NCBI GenBank assembly: GCA_902803575.1 | Contig: CADCQK010000259.1 | Span: 1-56,889 of the forward strand | DNA: 56,889 nucleotides | Reading direction: 5' to 3' | DNA from: Oscillospiraceae bacterium | GTDB lineage: Bacteria > Bacillota > Clostridia > Oscillospirales > Oscillospiraceae | Shown here: positions 1-9,075 of the stretch, piece after piece | Numbering within the stretch: position 1 is the first letter of the stretch | How the letters are laid out: every line of letters begins with the position of its first letter | The notes under the pieces: generated by a model | Database searches by the model: none | What the model saw: only the letters and a program-made list of their open reading frames with translations | Told to the model about the DNA's origin: nothing | Position numbers and translations under genes: made by a program

Positions 1-11
1 ACGGAGCTTTC

Positions 12-85
12 TGGAGCGGGTGATGGGAATCGAACCCACGTATCCAGCTTGGAAGGCTGGTGTTCTACCATTGAACTACACCCGC
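12..85 (-). tRNA. tRNA-Gly, anticodon UCC, CCA encoded
   Basis: The reverse complement folds as a cloverleaf. Acceptor GCGGGTG/CACCCGC, D stem GTTC/GAAC, anticodon stem CCAGC/GCTGG with loop CTTCCAA, T arm GTGGG-TTCGATT-CCCAT, then T-CCA. Length 74 nt. Confidence 0.95.
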
Positions 86-231
86 ACAATGGTTGTCCTT
101 CCGACAATTCAGCTTATCGAATATACCATTTTATGAGGCGTTTGTCAAGCAAATTTTTATTCAAATTAAAAATATTCCTAAAGCGGTTAAAAACAGGTTC
201 TTCGGGGCAAGCTTTCCCTGAGGTGATTAAT

Positions 232-693
232 ATGAACACGCAGCTTACCCAGAAGGAACAGACCCTGCTCAAGGAACTCAAGGGCCAGGAGCAGCTGTGC
301 ATTGAGAAATACTCCAAGGGCGCAGCAGCCGCAGTGGACGGTCAGCTCAAGGGACTTTTTGCCCGGATCGCACAGATCGAGCAGCAGCATCTGGACACCC
401 TGACCCAGATTGAGAACGGCAATGTCCCCCAGCCGCCCGCAGGAGGCGCGCAGGCCCTCCCCACTTTCACCCAGACCTACGGCATCGCCGAGACCCCGGA
501 CAAGAAAAACGACTGCTATCTCTGTACCGACGCCCTCGGCACCGAGAAGCACGCTTCCACGGTCTACAACACCTGTATCTTCGAGTTTCAGGATGAGCAG
601 ACCCGAAAGGTGCTGGGTCACATTCAGGGTGAGGAACAGGATCACGGAAAGATGATCTACGACTATATGAAAGTCAACCACATGTACAGCTGA
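232..693 (+). CDS. Spore coat protein F (CotF)-like protein
   Basis: SD GAGGTGA at 220-226, ATG at 232. Translation begins MNTQLTQKEQTLLKELKGQEQLCIEKY and ends EEQDHGKMIYDYM, helical Q/E/H-rich repeats typical of the Coat_F family. The longer 49..693 ORF would overlap the tRNA, so I trimmed it. Confidence 0.7.
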   Translation: MNTQLTQKEQTLLKELKGQEQLCIEKYSKGAAAAVDGQLKGLFARIAQIEQQHLDTLTQIENGNVPQPPAGGAQALPTFTQTYGIAETPDKKNDCYLCTDALGTEKHASTVYNTCIFEFQDEQTRKVLGHIQGEEQDHGKMIYDYMKVNHMYS

Positions 694-696
694 AGC

Positions 697-725
697 AAAA
701 ACCGGAGGGTTTCCTCCGGTTTTTG
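697..725. terminator. Bidirectional rho-independent terminator
   Basis: AAAA-ACCGGAGG-GTTT-CCTCCGGT-TTTT hairpin between convergent genes. Confidence 0.8.
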
Positions 726-1937
726 TTATTCTTTCGGTTTTCGGACCAGAGAGAGCGGCGCGGCAGGGATCGGCAGCGGCATGGAGAATCGCTGCATGGG
801 ATGAGGCACGCTGTCGATGGGCTCCCCTTCCTCGTTTTTCATATTCTCTGCCACGAAGCGGATCGGCGGATGATCTCTGGTGACCAGTTCCAGGGTTTCT
901 CCGGCAAAAAAGCGGTTCCGCTGGGTGAGCATGCCGCCCTCTTCCACCACGGCGCAGAACTCCGCACCGGAGAAATAAGCGGATTCGGAGGTGTACTGCC
1001 CCGGTTCCCCGAAGTAGAAGCCAGTGCTGTATGGCCGGTGGCTGATCTGCTCCGTCTCCCGGATCCAGACGGGGTCAGGGACTCTCCCCTGCTTCACGTC
1101 ATCCATGGCGTGTCGGTAGGCGTTGGTCACGGCACCCACATAATAGGCGCTCTTCATCCGACCTTCTATTTTCATACTGGAGATTCCGGCGCTCAAAAGT
1201 TCCGGCAAGTACTCAATCATTCGCATATCTCTGGAGTTGAACACGAAGGTGCCGCCGTCTTCCACGATGTCATAGACCTCGCCGGGGCGCTGCTTTTCCA
1301 CCAGACCGTATTCCCAGCGGCAGGGCTGGGCGCAGCGGCCGCGGTTGGCGTCTCTGCCGGTGAGATAATTGGAAAGCAGACATCTGCCGGAAAACGACAC
1401 ACACATGGCGCCGTGGACGAAGGCCTCCAGCTCCAATTCCACCGGCGTATTCGCGCGGATGGCCGCGATCTCGTCCAAATGCAGTTCTCGCGCCAGAACC
1501 ACCCGTTTTGCGCCCAGCTCATAGAGCGCGTTGGCGGAGGCGGAGTTCACCACCCCGAACTGGGTGCTCACATGGAGGGCCACATGAGGCGCATAACGCT
1601 TGACCATCTGCATGACACCGAAGTCCGCCGCGATCACCGCGTCCGCGCCGATCTCTTCCAGCAGCTCCAGAAAGGCCGGGAGCGCCGCCAGCTCGTCATC
1701 TCGCGGCAGGGTGTTGCAGGTCACGTGCACCTGTGCGCCAGCGCTATGGGCAAGCTGCACAGCCTCCCGCAGAGCTTTCTCGGTGAAATTCCCCGCGAAA
1801 GCCCGCATGCCGAATTGTTCACCTGCCAAATAAACCGCGTCAGCACCAAAATGGAGCGCCATTTTCAGACGCTCCATATCCCCTGCCGGAGCCAGAAGCT
1901 CCGGCAGATGTTCGATTTTCTTACGTTCCTGATCCAT
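726..1937 (-). CDS. Peptidase U32 family protein (YrrO/TrhP-like)
   Basis: N-terminus MDQERKKIEHLPELLAPAGDMERLKMALHFGADAVYLAG and the Cys-rich motif GAMCVSFSGRCLLSNYLTGRDANRGRCAQPCRW fit the U32 signature. The first 34 aa of the track ORF overlap mltG and were dropped. Confidence 0.85.
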   Translation of the reverse strand: MDQERKKIEHLPELLAPAGDMERLKMALHFGADAVYLAGEQFGMRAFAGNFTEKALREAVQLAHSAGAQVHVTCNTLPRDDELAALPAFLELLEEIGADAVIAADFGVMQMVKRYAPHVALHVSTQFGVVNSASANALYELGAKRVVLARELHLDEIAAIRANTPVELELEAFVHGAMCVSFSGRCLLSNYLTGRDANRGRCAQPCRWEYGLVEKQRPGEVYDIVEDGGTFVFNSRDMRMIEYLPELLSAGISSMKIEGRMKSAYYVGAVTNAYRHAMDDVKQGRVPDPVWIRETEQISHRPYSTGFYFGEPGQYTSESAYFSGAEFCAVVEEGGMLTQRNRFFAGETLELVTRDHPPIRFVAENMKNEEGEPIDSVPHPMQRFSMPLPIPAAPLSLVRKPKE

Positions 1938-1938
1938 A

Positions 1939-3417
1939 TTAGTTGGAGTAAGACTGTCTCGCCACGAAAGCGGAGAACTCGCTGTAGCTGGTGAAGAACT
2001 GGTGGGTACCGCTCTCGGCGTCCAGGGCGTAATACACATAGTTGGTGTTGGCCGGCTTCACCGCGGCGGTGATGGACGCAGCACCCGGGTTCGCGATGGG
2101 CGTGGGCGGAAGGCCCGTATGCTGATAGGTGTTGTAGGGACTGTCGATCTTCGTGTCTTCCACGGTGAGGGTGTCGCCGTGCTCCTCCAGCACATACATG
2201 ATGGTGGAGTCCACCTGCAGCGGCATGTCGCGCCGCAACCGGTTGTAGATAACCGATGCGATCACGGTGCGCTCATCGTCGTTGGCGGCTTCCTTCTCGA
2301 TCATGGAGGCGATGTTGATCACATCCTTCAGCGAGAGGCCACGCTCCGCAGCCAGGTCGATGGTCTCCTCGGTGAGACGGTTGTGGAAGTTCACCAGGAA
2401 CTTGTTGATGGCACTGGAGGCCTGCATGCCCTGATAGAACTCGTAGGTATCCGGGAACAGGAAGCCCTCCAGTCTGGTGGGATCGCCGATGGCATTCTCG
2501 TCCAGGAAGGAGTAGTTATAATTATAGTTGGCGGCGGCCTCCATCAGGTCGTCGTAGGAGCAGACGTTCTCTTCCTCCAGCTTCTGGAAGATCTGCTTCA
2601 TGTTGTAGCCCTCAGGGATGGTGACCTTGGTGGTGACCATGGCGCCGGAGCCGATCTGCATCTTCTTGACCAGAGCGCGATAGTCGTAATTCGTGTTCAG
2701 CTCATAGGTGCCGGGGTCGATCTGCCGGTCCGCGTGGGAGAAATTGCAGTAGAGCTTGAAAAGGCTCTTATACTGAATGATGCCGGCGGTCTTGAGCTGA
2801 TCGGCCAGATAGTCCAGATCCACGCAGCGGACGGTTTCCCGCTCCTCGCTGCCATTTTCGTTTTCCACGGTGACGACTTTTTCGGAGAAGATGTCCTTGT
2901 CCAGGGTAATGGTGGCTTCGATGGGCTCTTTGTTCAAAGCCAGCACGTCGGAAGCCGCCAGCCAGCCGACACAGGCCAGAATGATGCTGACGCTCAGCAC
3001 GAAAGCGAAATAGATCACGCCGCCAAGGCAGCCGCTTTGTCCGTCGCGCCGCTTGCGGATGGGGGCGTCGTCCTCGTACTCCGGTTCCTCCACTTCCGCT
3101 GCGTAGAACCGCTGAGCGGCTGAGACCGGCTGACGGGCAGGCGCAGACTGCCGCACGCTTCTGGCAGCTTCCGCCCGCTGAGCGGCCCGCTGCTGGGCAG
3201 AATTCACCGTTCTTACAGCATTCTGAACCGGCTGCGCCGGTCTCGCTGCGGGCGCGGCAGGCTCCGCGCTCTGGGGAGCAGCCTCCTGCTTCGCGGCGGC
3301 CCGCTGACGCTGGGCGGCCTGCTGCTGCGCTGAACGCTGCTGCTGGGCAGCCTGACGCAGGGCGCGGTTGGCCTCCGCTGCGGATTCGTCGTATCGTTTG
3401 TTGATCGGGTCAGACAT
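1939..3417 (-). CDS. mltG: Endolytic murein transglycosylase MltG (YceG-like) with a long Q/A/R-rich cytoplasmic N-terminal tail
   Basis: SD AGGAGGA precedes the ATG at 3417. There is one TM segment (GGVIYFAFVLSVSIILACVGWL). The YceG core contains EGFLFPDTYEF, ASMIEKEA and YNTYQHTGLPPTPIANPG. Confidence 0.9.
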   Translation of the reverse strand: MSDPINKRYDESAAEANRALRQAAQQQRSAQQQAAQRQRAAAKQEAAPQSAEPAAPAARPAQPVQNAVRTVNSAQQRAAQRAEAARSVRQSAPARQPVSAAQRFYAAEVEEPEYEDDAPIRKRRDGQSGCLGGVIYFAFVLSVSIILACVGWLAASDVLALNKEPIEATITLDKDIFSEKVVTVENENGSEERETVRCVDLDYLADQLKTAGIIQYKSLFKLYCNFSHADRQIDPGTYELNTNYDYRALVKKMQIGSGAMVTTKVTIPEGYNMKQIFQKLEEENVCSYDDLMEAAANYNYNYSFLDENAIGDPTRLEGFLFPDTYEFYQGMQASSAINKFLVNFHNRLTEETIDLAAERGLSLKDVINIASMIEKEAANDDERTVIASVIYNRLRRDMPLQVDSTIMYVLEEHGDTLTVEDTKIDSPYNTYQHTGLPPTPIANPGAASITAAVKPANTNYVYYALDAESGTHQFFTSYSEFSAFVARQSYSN

Positions 3418-3582
3418 GCGTTGTCCTCCTGAGGTGGTGGTAACGTCCCAAATCGGGACGGCATAGGATAGGGCGTCGGCGGGAGCAGGGCCCGCTCCGC
3501 CAGCATAGATGAAGATCGGCTGCACCCGTCCGTGCAAGGCAGCCCGGAAGCAAATCCCCTGCGCGGAGAAAGGATCAAACCA

Positions 3583-3723
3583 ATGTTCTGCAACAATAAC
3601 AACGGCAGCTGCTACAGTGCGCTCTGGATCATTCTCATCCTGATCATCCTGTTCGGCTGCGTTGGCAACAACGGCGGCTGCGGCTGCAACAATGGCTGTG
3701 GCTGCAACGACGGCTGCTGCTGA
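3583..3723 (+). CDS. Tiny (46 aa) Cys/Gly/Asn-rich single-TM protein
   Basis: SD GGAGAAAGGA at 3565-3574, 8 nt before the ATG. Sequence MFCNNNNGSCYSALWIILILIILFGCVGNNGGCGCNNGCGCNDGCC. Two terminator hairpins follow. It lies in what the track shows as a spurious N-terminal extension of mltG on the other strand. Confidence 0.7.
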   Translation: MFCNNNNGSCYSALWIILILIILFGCVGNNGGCGCNNGCGCNDGCC

Positions 3724-3801
3724 CGTCAGAATGGACGCGCTGCGCTCTGCAGCCAGGCACCAGACCTGACGGCTTCGCATCCGCTTCCCCATTCTTCCTT
3801 A

Positions 3802-3829
3802 CCAAATGGAAAAAAGTTTTTCCATTTGG
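3802..3829 (+). terminator. Perfect 13-bp-arm palindrome hairpin
   Basis: CCAAATGGAAAAA-AG-TTTTTCCATTTGG followed by CTTTT. Confidence 0.5.
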
Positions 3830-3840
3830 CTTTTAACGGG

Positions 3841-3868
3841 CGGGGTCTCTTCGGAGGCCCCGTTTTTT
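3841..3868 (+). terminator. Rho-independent terminator (UUCG tetraloop)
   Basis: CGGGGTCTC-TTCG-GAGGCCCCG followed by TTTTTT. Confidence 0.8.
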
Positions 3869-3895
3869 GACGTAGAAAAGCAGAAAAAGTTCTGA

Positions 3896-4621
3896 TTATC
3901 TCTTTCTGCGGAAACGCTCTCGGATGGTGGCGAAGAGGAACTTCGGCAGCTGCATCATGCGTCCGATGCGCCAGGGCTCTTTCATCAGACGGTAGAACCA
4001 CTCCAGCCCCAGCTTCTGAAAGAGCTTCGGCGCACGCTTCACCGTTCCGGCAAAGACGTCCAGGCTGCCGCCGAGACCGGCCATGATGCCGACCTTCAGC
4101 TTCGAAGCATTGCGCTGCATCCAGAGCTCCTGCTTCGGCGCGCCGAGGCAGACGAACAGCAGATCCGGTTTTGCCTCGTTGATGACTTCAATCACCGGGG
4201 TGTCATCTTTAAAGTAACCGTCCTGTGTGCCGCAGATGGTGAGACCGGGATAGCGGTTTCGGAGGGTTTCCGCCGCCATTTCCGCCACGCCAGGCTTCGA
4301 GCCCATCAGAAACACACGGCCGCCGGTTTGGGAGAGCTCCCCCATCAGCGCCTGGACAAAGTCGATGCCGGGAACCTTCTGCTTCAGGGGCGTTCCCAGG
4401 ATCTTGGCGCCATAGACCACGCCGATGCCGTCCGGCAGAACCAGATCGGCCTTCTGCACCGCGTCCATCACGTTTTCGTCCGCCCGGCACATCATGACGA
4501 TCTCCGGGTTCGGCGTCACCACATAGGCGCTCCGATGCTCGGAAATCAGGCGCAGCGCCTCGGTGACGACTTCGTTCAGTGTGAGACTGTCAAATCCCAC
4601 ACCCATTACATCAATTCTCAT
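3896..4621 (-). CDS. tagA: WecG/TagA/CpsF family glycosyltransferase (UDP-ManNAc transferase type)
   Basis: Starts MRIDVMGVGFDSLTLNEVV. Contains VVTPNPEIVM, LPDGIGVV, GAPKQELW and a LEWFYRL-type C-terminus. SD GAGGT lies upstream of the ATG at 4621. Confidence 0.85.
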   Translation of the reverse strand: MRIDVMGVGFDSLTLNEVVTEALRLISEHRSAYVVTPNPEIVMMCRADENVMDAVQKADLVLPDGIGVVYGAKILGTPLKQKVPGIDFVQALMGELSQTGGRVFLMGSKPGVAEMAAETLRNRYPGLTICGTQDGYFKDDTPVIEVINEAKPDLLFVCLGAPKQELWMQRNASKLKVGIMAGLGGSLDVFAGTVKRAPKLFQKLGLEWFYRLMKEPWRIGRMMQLPKFLFATIRERFRRKR

Positions 4622-4628
4622 GGATACC

Positions 4629-5345
4629 TCAAATCCGGGAGAACACATCGCCGATCTTCTCATGAATGATCAGATTGGCCGCACTGTCATAGGGCGTGGC
4701 GCTGCGGTTCACCAGCACCAGTTTATTCCCCCGATAATAATTCAGCAGGCCCGCCGCGGGATAGACCGCCAGCGAGGTGCCGCCGACGATCATCATATCG
4801 GCGTTGCGGATATAGTGGATGGACTTTGCGAGAACCTCCTCGTCCAGCGCCTCCTCATAGAGGACGATGTCCGGACGGATGATGCCGCCGCAGTCACATC
4901 TCGGGATCCCGGTGCCCAGATTCATCCGGTCGGCGGGATAGGGTCTGCCGCACTGCATGCAGTAGCAGCGATGGATGCTGCCGTGGAGCTCCAGAACGTT
5001 CTTGCTGCCGGCCGCCTGGTGGAGACCGTCGATGTTCTGGGTGATGACGGCTTTCAGCTTTCCCTCAGCCTCCAGCTCCGCCAGACGCAGGTGGGCCCGA
5101 TTGGGCTTCGCCTCCGGCGCCACCAGCTTGGCACGATGAAACTCGTAGTATTCATCCGGATGCGCCACGAAAAAGGAATGGCTCAGGATCGTCTCAGGCG
5201 GGTATTTATACTGCTGATTGTAAAGCCCGTCCACACTGCGGAAATCCGGGATCCCACTCTCCGTGGAGACACCGGCGCCGCCGAAGAAAACGATGTTGTC
5301 GCTCTCCTCCACAAGCTTCTTCAATTCCAATACCGGATCGGACAT
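4629..5345 (-). CDS. cobB: NAD-dependent protein deacylase (Sir2 family)
   Basis: Contains GAGVSTESGIPDFRS, TQNIDGLH, LHGS, a Zn ribbon (CxxC ... CDCGG) and a GTSLAVYPAA motif. Confidence 0.9.
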   Translation of the reverse strand: MSDPVLELKKLVEESDNIVFFGGAGVSTESGIPDFRSVDGLYNQQYKYPPETILSHSFFVAHPDEYYEFHRAKLVAPEAKPNRAHLRLAELEAEGKLKAVITQNIDGLHQAAGSKNVLELHGSIHRCYCMQCGRPYPADRMNLGTGIPRCDCGGIIRPDIVLYEEALDEEVLAKSIHYIRNADMMIVGGTSLAVYPAAGLLNYYRGNKLVLVNRSATPYDSAANLIIHEKIGDVFSRI

Positions 5346-5433
5346 GCTGCACCGCTCCTTTCAGTTTTGATTGAATCAATACATTATACAACGCATTTCA
5401 CCGCAATTCAAGCTTTCTCAGAAAAGTTTCAAC

Positions 5434-5465
5434 AAAAAACAGGCAGCTCAAACCTGAGCTGCCTG
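5434..5465 (-). terminator. Rho-independent terminator
   Basis: Minus strand reads CAGGCAGCTCA-GGTT-TGAGCTGCCTG followed by TTTTTT. Confidence 0.8.
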
Positions 5466-5479
5466 AAATCATTTATGGA

Positions 5480-5965
5480 TCATTCCTCGGGATGGACGAA
5501 GTATTCCACCAGTTCCTGCTGGGTGCCGTCGTTGTTGATCCGGGTCAGGAGCAGAGCGCCATCCTCATCGAAGGCGGTCTGGTACATCTCCACTGCCCCG
5601 GCGTCGGTGACGAAGGTCAGAACATTCCCCTGCATAGCATATTCAAAGCTCACCGAAGTGTCCGCCGCAGTGACAGAACCGGTGCCGTTGTCCGCAAACA
5701 CATAAACGCGGGTCTCCTCGGTCTCCACAGCTGCCGCATCGGGATCGGTGGTGCTCACCGTCTTGTCCAGCGTCCAGGTGCCGATCAGCGCCTCCACGTC
5801 CGTGCCGGACTGGATGCCGGAGGTGACGTTGGAGTCAGAAAACGGAGCGGCGGTGGTCTCCGGCGGCGTGCTCTCCACAGGAGCGGAATTGCTCCCGCAG
5901 CCGGCGATCAGCAGTGTGCACAGCAGAAATACCGCGGTGATGACGAACTTATAATTGAACTTCAT
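5480..5965 (-). CDS. Hypothetical lipoprotein
   Basis: Signal peptide with lipobox MKFNYKFVITAVFLLCTLLIAGC. SD GGAGGGAG upstream. An alternative ATG at 5971 is possible. No recognisable domain. Confidence 0.6.
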   Translation of the reverse strand: MKFNYKFVITAVFLLCTLLIAGCGSNSAPVESTPPETTAAPFSDSNVTSGIQSGTDVEALIGTWTLDKTVSTTDPDAAAVETEETRVYVFADNGTGSVTAADTSVSFEYAMQGNVLTFVTDAGAVEMYQTAFDEDGALLLTRINNDGTQQELVEYFVHPEE

Positions 5966-6135
5966 AAGCATTCTCCCTCCGGAGTTCTTGAAATACCTGA
6001 TTTTGGGGTCCTTCCCCAGCAACCGCATCATATCATGGAGGCGGGAAAATGTCAATGATTTAATAATTATTTAATCATATTATGTGAAGCAATTCGATTA
6101 TTTTCGGCAGAAAATACAAATATTGGACATTCAAA

Positions 6136-6154
6136 TTATGGAATAACTCCATAA
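6136..6154. promoter_or_regulatory. Inverted repeat TTATGGA-N5-TCCATAA in an AT-rich divergent intergenic region
   Basis: Read directly from the sequence. It lies between the lipoprotein gene and the cupin gene. Confidence 0.3.
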
Positions 6155-6274
6155 GATTTTTACATTTTATCACTATTTCAAACAGTTTTTACAAAAATAT
6201 TTAATCTTGTAATTTCGGAGGCGCTGTGCTATCGTGGATCCAGAGACCAAATACTGTGAAAAGGAGCGATTTAC

Positions 6275-6631
6275 ATGGCATTCAAGCGCAGACTTCCGGA
6301 GACGCCGATCATTCTGGAGCACTTCCAGGGCGGCGCGGGCGAGCTGGAGAAATACGACATTCTCAACGGCCCCGACGAGATGTACCAGAAGGGGCGGGTG
6401 TGCTCGATCATGAAGCTCAAGCCGGGCTGTGAGATTGGCCGCCACCGCCACAACGGCGACGGTGAGGTGTACTACATTCTCTCCGGCAAAGGCAAATATC
6501 TGCTGAATGAGGAGCTGGTAGACATCGTCCCCGGTGACATCCTCTTCTGCGAAGACGGCGAAGAGCATCAGGTCATCAACGACACCGATCAGGACCTCTG
6601 CCTGTTGGCCGTGGTATTGTATTCCAAATAA
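6275..6631 (+). CDS. Cupin domain protein
   Basis: SD AAAGGAG upstream. Cupin motifs GCEIGRHRHNGDGEVYYILSGKG and PGDILFCEDGEEHQVIN. Confidence 0.8.
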   Translation: MAFKRRLPETPIILEHFQGGAGELEKYDILNGPDEMYQKGRVCSIMKLKPGCEIGRHRHNGDGEVYYILSGKGKYLLNEELVDIVPGDILFCEDGEEHQVINDTDQDLCLLAVVLYSK

Positions 6632-6640
6632 GTCATGAAA

Positions 6641-6668
6641 ATCCCGGTATGCCTCGGCACACCGGGAT
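6641..6668. terminator. Bidirectional terminator hairpin
   Basis: ATCCCGGT-12 nt-ACCGGGAT, with T-runs on both strands, between convergent genes. Confidence 0.6.
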
Positions 6669-6672
6669 ACTT

Positions 6673-8943
6673 TTATGCTTTTTTCCGGTCTCGATTGTAG
6701 TTGATCAGGCAGCCGGCCTTGACGATGGCCCGTTCATCCGGGGTCATATCCGCAATGTAGAGCTGCAGGGGTTCAGCCTTTCCGTTTCGGATCAAATAGG
6801 CGGTGATGTCCTTCAGGTCGCCGTCCAGCGCCGCGCGGATGCCGGGGACGAAGATGTAGTCCCCCACCTCGAAGTCCGGGTCCGCCTCCATCTGGAAGGG
6901 CACCATGCCCCAGTTCATCACGTTGGAGCGATACCGCTTGGTGGCGTATTCCTTTGTGATGTTAGCAAGGCCGCCGATCACGCGCTGGCAGCTGGCGGCC
7001 TGCTCTCGGGCGGAGCCGTCGCCGGGCTTCACCGCGTAGAGCATGGAGCCGATCTCCGTCTTGGCGGGGTCGATCTCGGCCTGACCGGGGATGGTGCGGA
7101 TCACGCCGTAAACTTCTTTCAGCTCCGGCTCCGCTGCGAGGACGTCCTCCCCTGCTGCGCGGGCCTTCTCCAGCTTGTCCACAGCCTTGCTGCATCCCAC
7201 ATACTCCGGATCCCGGCGGCTGAGGGTGAACTCCGCCAGACCCAGCGGATTGGAGCGGAAGGAGCTGGTCTCGCCGGAGGGGATCAGCTCGTCGGTGGTG
7301 GTGACGGGATCCAGGATCTTGGAGCAGACCTTCAGGAGGATGTTCTCCGTCAGAGCGCTCATGGCGGGCCAGTCCTTGATGTTGGGGCCGTAGACCAGAT
7401 CTTCGCCGGTGCCCTTTCCGAAGCCCTGATAGACCCGGCGGTCATAGACGCCCTTGTCGAAGTGGTAATCCGGGATACTGTCCCAGCAGTCCAGAGTCTC
7501 CGCACTGGTGAGGATGCCGCCATTGGCTGCGGTAGCCGCGATGCTTCTTGCGTCCATGAGGGCCACGGCGGACATCTGGGCGTTGCCGGGCTTGGAGCCT
7601 TCCCGGTTGGGGAAGTTTCTGGTGGTGTGGCGCACGGAGAGTCCGTTGTTGCAGGGGGTGTCGCCCGCGCCGAAGCAGGGGCCGCAGAAGGCACTGCGCA
7701 CGATGGCGCCGGCTTCGATCAGATCGGCAATGGCGCCGTTTTTCGTCAGCTCCAGATTCACCGGCTGGCTGGAGGGATAGACCGAGAGGCTGAATTCTCC
7801 ATAGCCGCAGCTCTTGCCCCGGAGGGCGTTGGCAGCCTGCACCACGTTGGTGTAGTTGCCGCCGGCGCAGCCAGCGATGACGCCCTGCTGAACGCGCAGA
7901 CGACCGTTTTCGATCTTATCCAGCAGCGTGTATTCCGCCCGGCCGCCGGCCACCTTCTTTGCCTCGGCTTCCACAGAGGCAAGAATGTCCTCCAGATTTG
8001 CGTTCAGCTCGTCGATCTCATAGACGTTGGAGGGATGGAACGGCAGGGCGATCATGGGCTTGACGGTACTCAGATCCACATAGACACAGCCGTCATAGTA
8101 GGCCACATCGGCGGGATTCAATTCTTTATAGTCCTCGCCGCGTCCGTGCTGCTCCAGATAGGCCTTCGTGTCTGCGTCGGTGCGCCAGACGGAGCTGAGA
8201 CAGGTGGTCTCGGTGGTCATGACGTCCACGCCGTTTCGATAGTCGGTGGACATGGAGGCCACGCCGGGGCCAACAAACTCCATGACCTTGTTTTTCACAT
8301 AGCCGTTCTGGAATACCGCACCGATGATGGCAAGGGCGATGTCCTGGGGGCCGACCCAGGGCTGCGGCTTGCCGGTGAGATACACCGCCACTACGCCGGG
8401 ATAGGCCACGTCGTAGGTGTCCTCCAGCAGCTGCTTGACCAGCTCTCCGCCGCCCTCACCCACCGCCATGGTGCCGAGAGCGCCATAACGGGTGTGGGAG
8501 TCGGAGCCGAGGATCATCTTTCCACAGCCGGCGTGCATCTCCCGCATGTACTGGTGGATGACCGCAATGTGCGGCGGGACGTAGATGCCGCCGTATTTCC
8601 GCGCGGCGGAGAGGCCGAACATGTGGTCGTCCTCATTGATGGTGCCGCCCACGGCGCAGAGGGTGTTGTGACAGTTGGTGAGCACATAGGGCAGCGGGAA
8701 GCGTTCCATGCCGGAGGCCTTCGCCGTCTGAATGATGCCCACGAAGGTGATGTCGTGGGAGGCCATGGCGTCAAACTTCAGCCGCAGCTGCTCCATACTC
8801 CCGGAGGTATTGTGGGCCTTCAGAATGCTGTATGCAATGGTGCCCTTCCGGGCCTCCGATTTCTCATAACCCGCGGCCTCCGCCTCGGGGAGCAGCGTCT
8901 CGCCATTGAGGAGATACACACCGCCGTCATAGAGCTTCACCAT
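6673..8943 (-). CDS. Aconitase-family hydratase (aconitate hydratase-like, 756 aa)
   Basis: Contains [17 protein letters not shown] and a C-terminal swivel domain with [18 protein letters not shown] lies 8 nt before the ATG. Confidence 0.85.
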   Translation of the reverse strand: MVKLYDGGVYLLNGETLLPEAEAAGYEKSEARKGTIAYSILKAHNTSGSMEQLRLKFDAMASHDITFVGIIQTAKASGMERFPLPYVLTNCHNTLCAVGGTINEDDHMFGLSAARKYGGIYVPPHIAVIHQYMREMHAGCGKMILGSDSHTRYGALGTMAVGEGGGELVKQLLEDTYDVAYPGVVAVYLTGKPQPWVGPQDIALAIIGAVFQNGYVKNKVMEFVGPGVASMSTDYRNGVDVMTTETTCLSSVWRTDADTKAYLEQHGRGEDYKELNPADVAYYDGCVYVDLSTVKPMIALPFHPSNVYEIDELNANLEDILASVEAEAKKVAGGRAEYTLLDKIENGRLRVQQGVIAGCAGGNYTNVVQAANALRGKSCGYGEFSLSVYPSSQPVNLELTKNGAIADLIEAGAIVRSAFCGPCFGAGDTPCNNGLSVRHTTRNFPNREGSKPGNAQMSAVALMDARSIAATAANGGILTSAETLDCWDSIPDYHFDKGVYDRRVYQGFGKGTGEDLVYGPNIKDWPAMSALTENILLKVCSKILDPVTTTDELIPSGETSSFRSNPLGLAEFTLSRRDPEYVGCSKAVDKLEKARAAGEDVLAAEPELKEVYGVIRTIPGQAEIDPAKTEIGSMLYAVKPGDGSAREQAASCQRVIGGLANITKEYATKRYRSNVMNWGMVPFQMEADPDFEVGDYIFVPGIRAALDGDLKDITAYLIRNGKAEPLQLYIADMTPDERAIVKAGCLINYNRDRKKA

Positions 8944-9014
8944 TGGAAAATCCCTCCAATTTCGTTTTTACAGGCAACTATTATACGCGCTTTTTTCAAA
9001 CGCGTCAATGGTGC

Positions 9015-9043
9015 TTGTCAGGATTGGAAAACCATGGTATATT
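9015..9043 (+). promoter_or_regulatory. Putative sigma-A promoter (TTGTCA-17-TATATT)
   Basis: Hexamers read directly, 33 nt upstream of the start codon at 9076. Confidence 0.4.
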
Positions 9044-9075
9044 GATTCCATAAATATAATATTGAGGTGAAACCC

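Noticed and set aside
49-231. N-terminal extension of the CotF-like ORF
   Set aside because: It would overlap the tRNA-Gly gene. A good SD and ATG at 232 give a protein that starts where Coat_F similarity begins.
3583-3723. RiPP or bacteriocin precursor interpretation of the Cys-rich peptide
   Set aside because: No leader-like region, modification enzyme, protease/ABC exporter or immunity gene lies nearby. The central hydrophobic helix fits a membrane-resident tiny protein better.
3418-3792. 5' extension of the mltG ORF (track start 3792)
   Set aside because: The extension translates to low-complexity sequence. A strong SD (AGGAGGA) precedes the ATG at 3417. The extension would also cover the independently signalled small gene on the opposite strand.
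6649-9045. 798-aa plus-strand ORF
   Set aside because: It is the antisense shadow of the aconitase-family gene. Its composition is low-complexity and rich in G, A, V, H, R and L, with no recognisable motifs and no SD. The minus-strand frame carries clear aconitase motifs.
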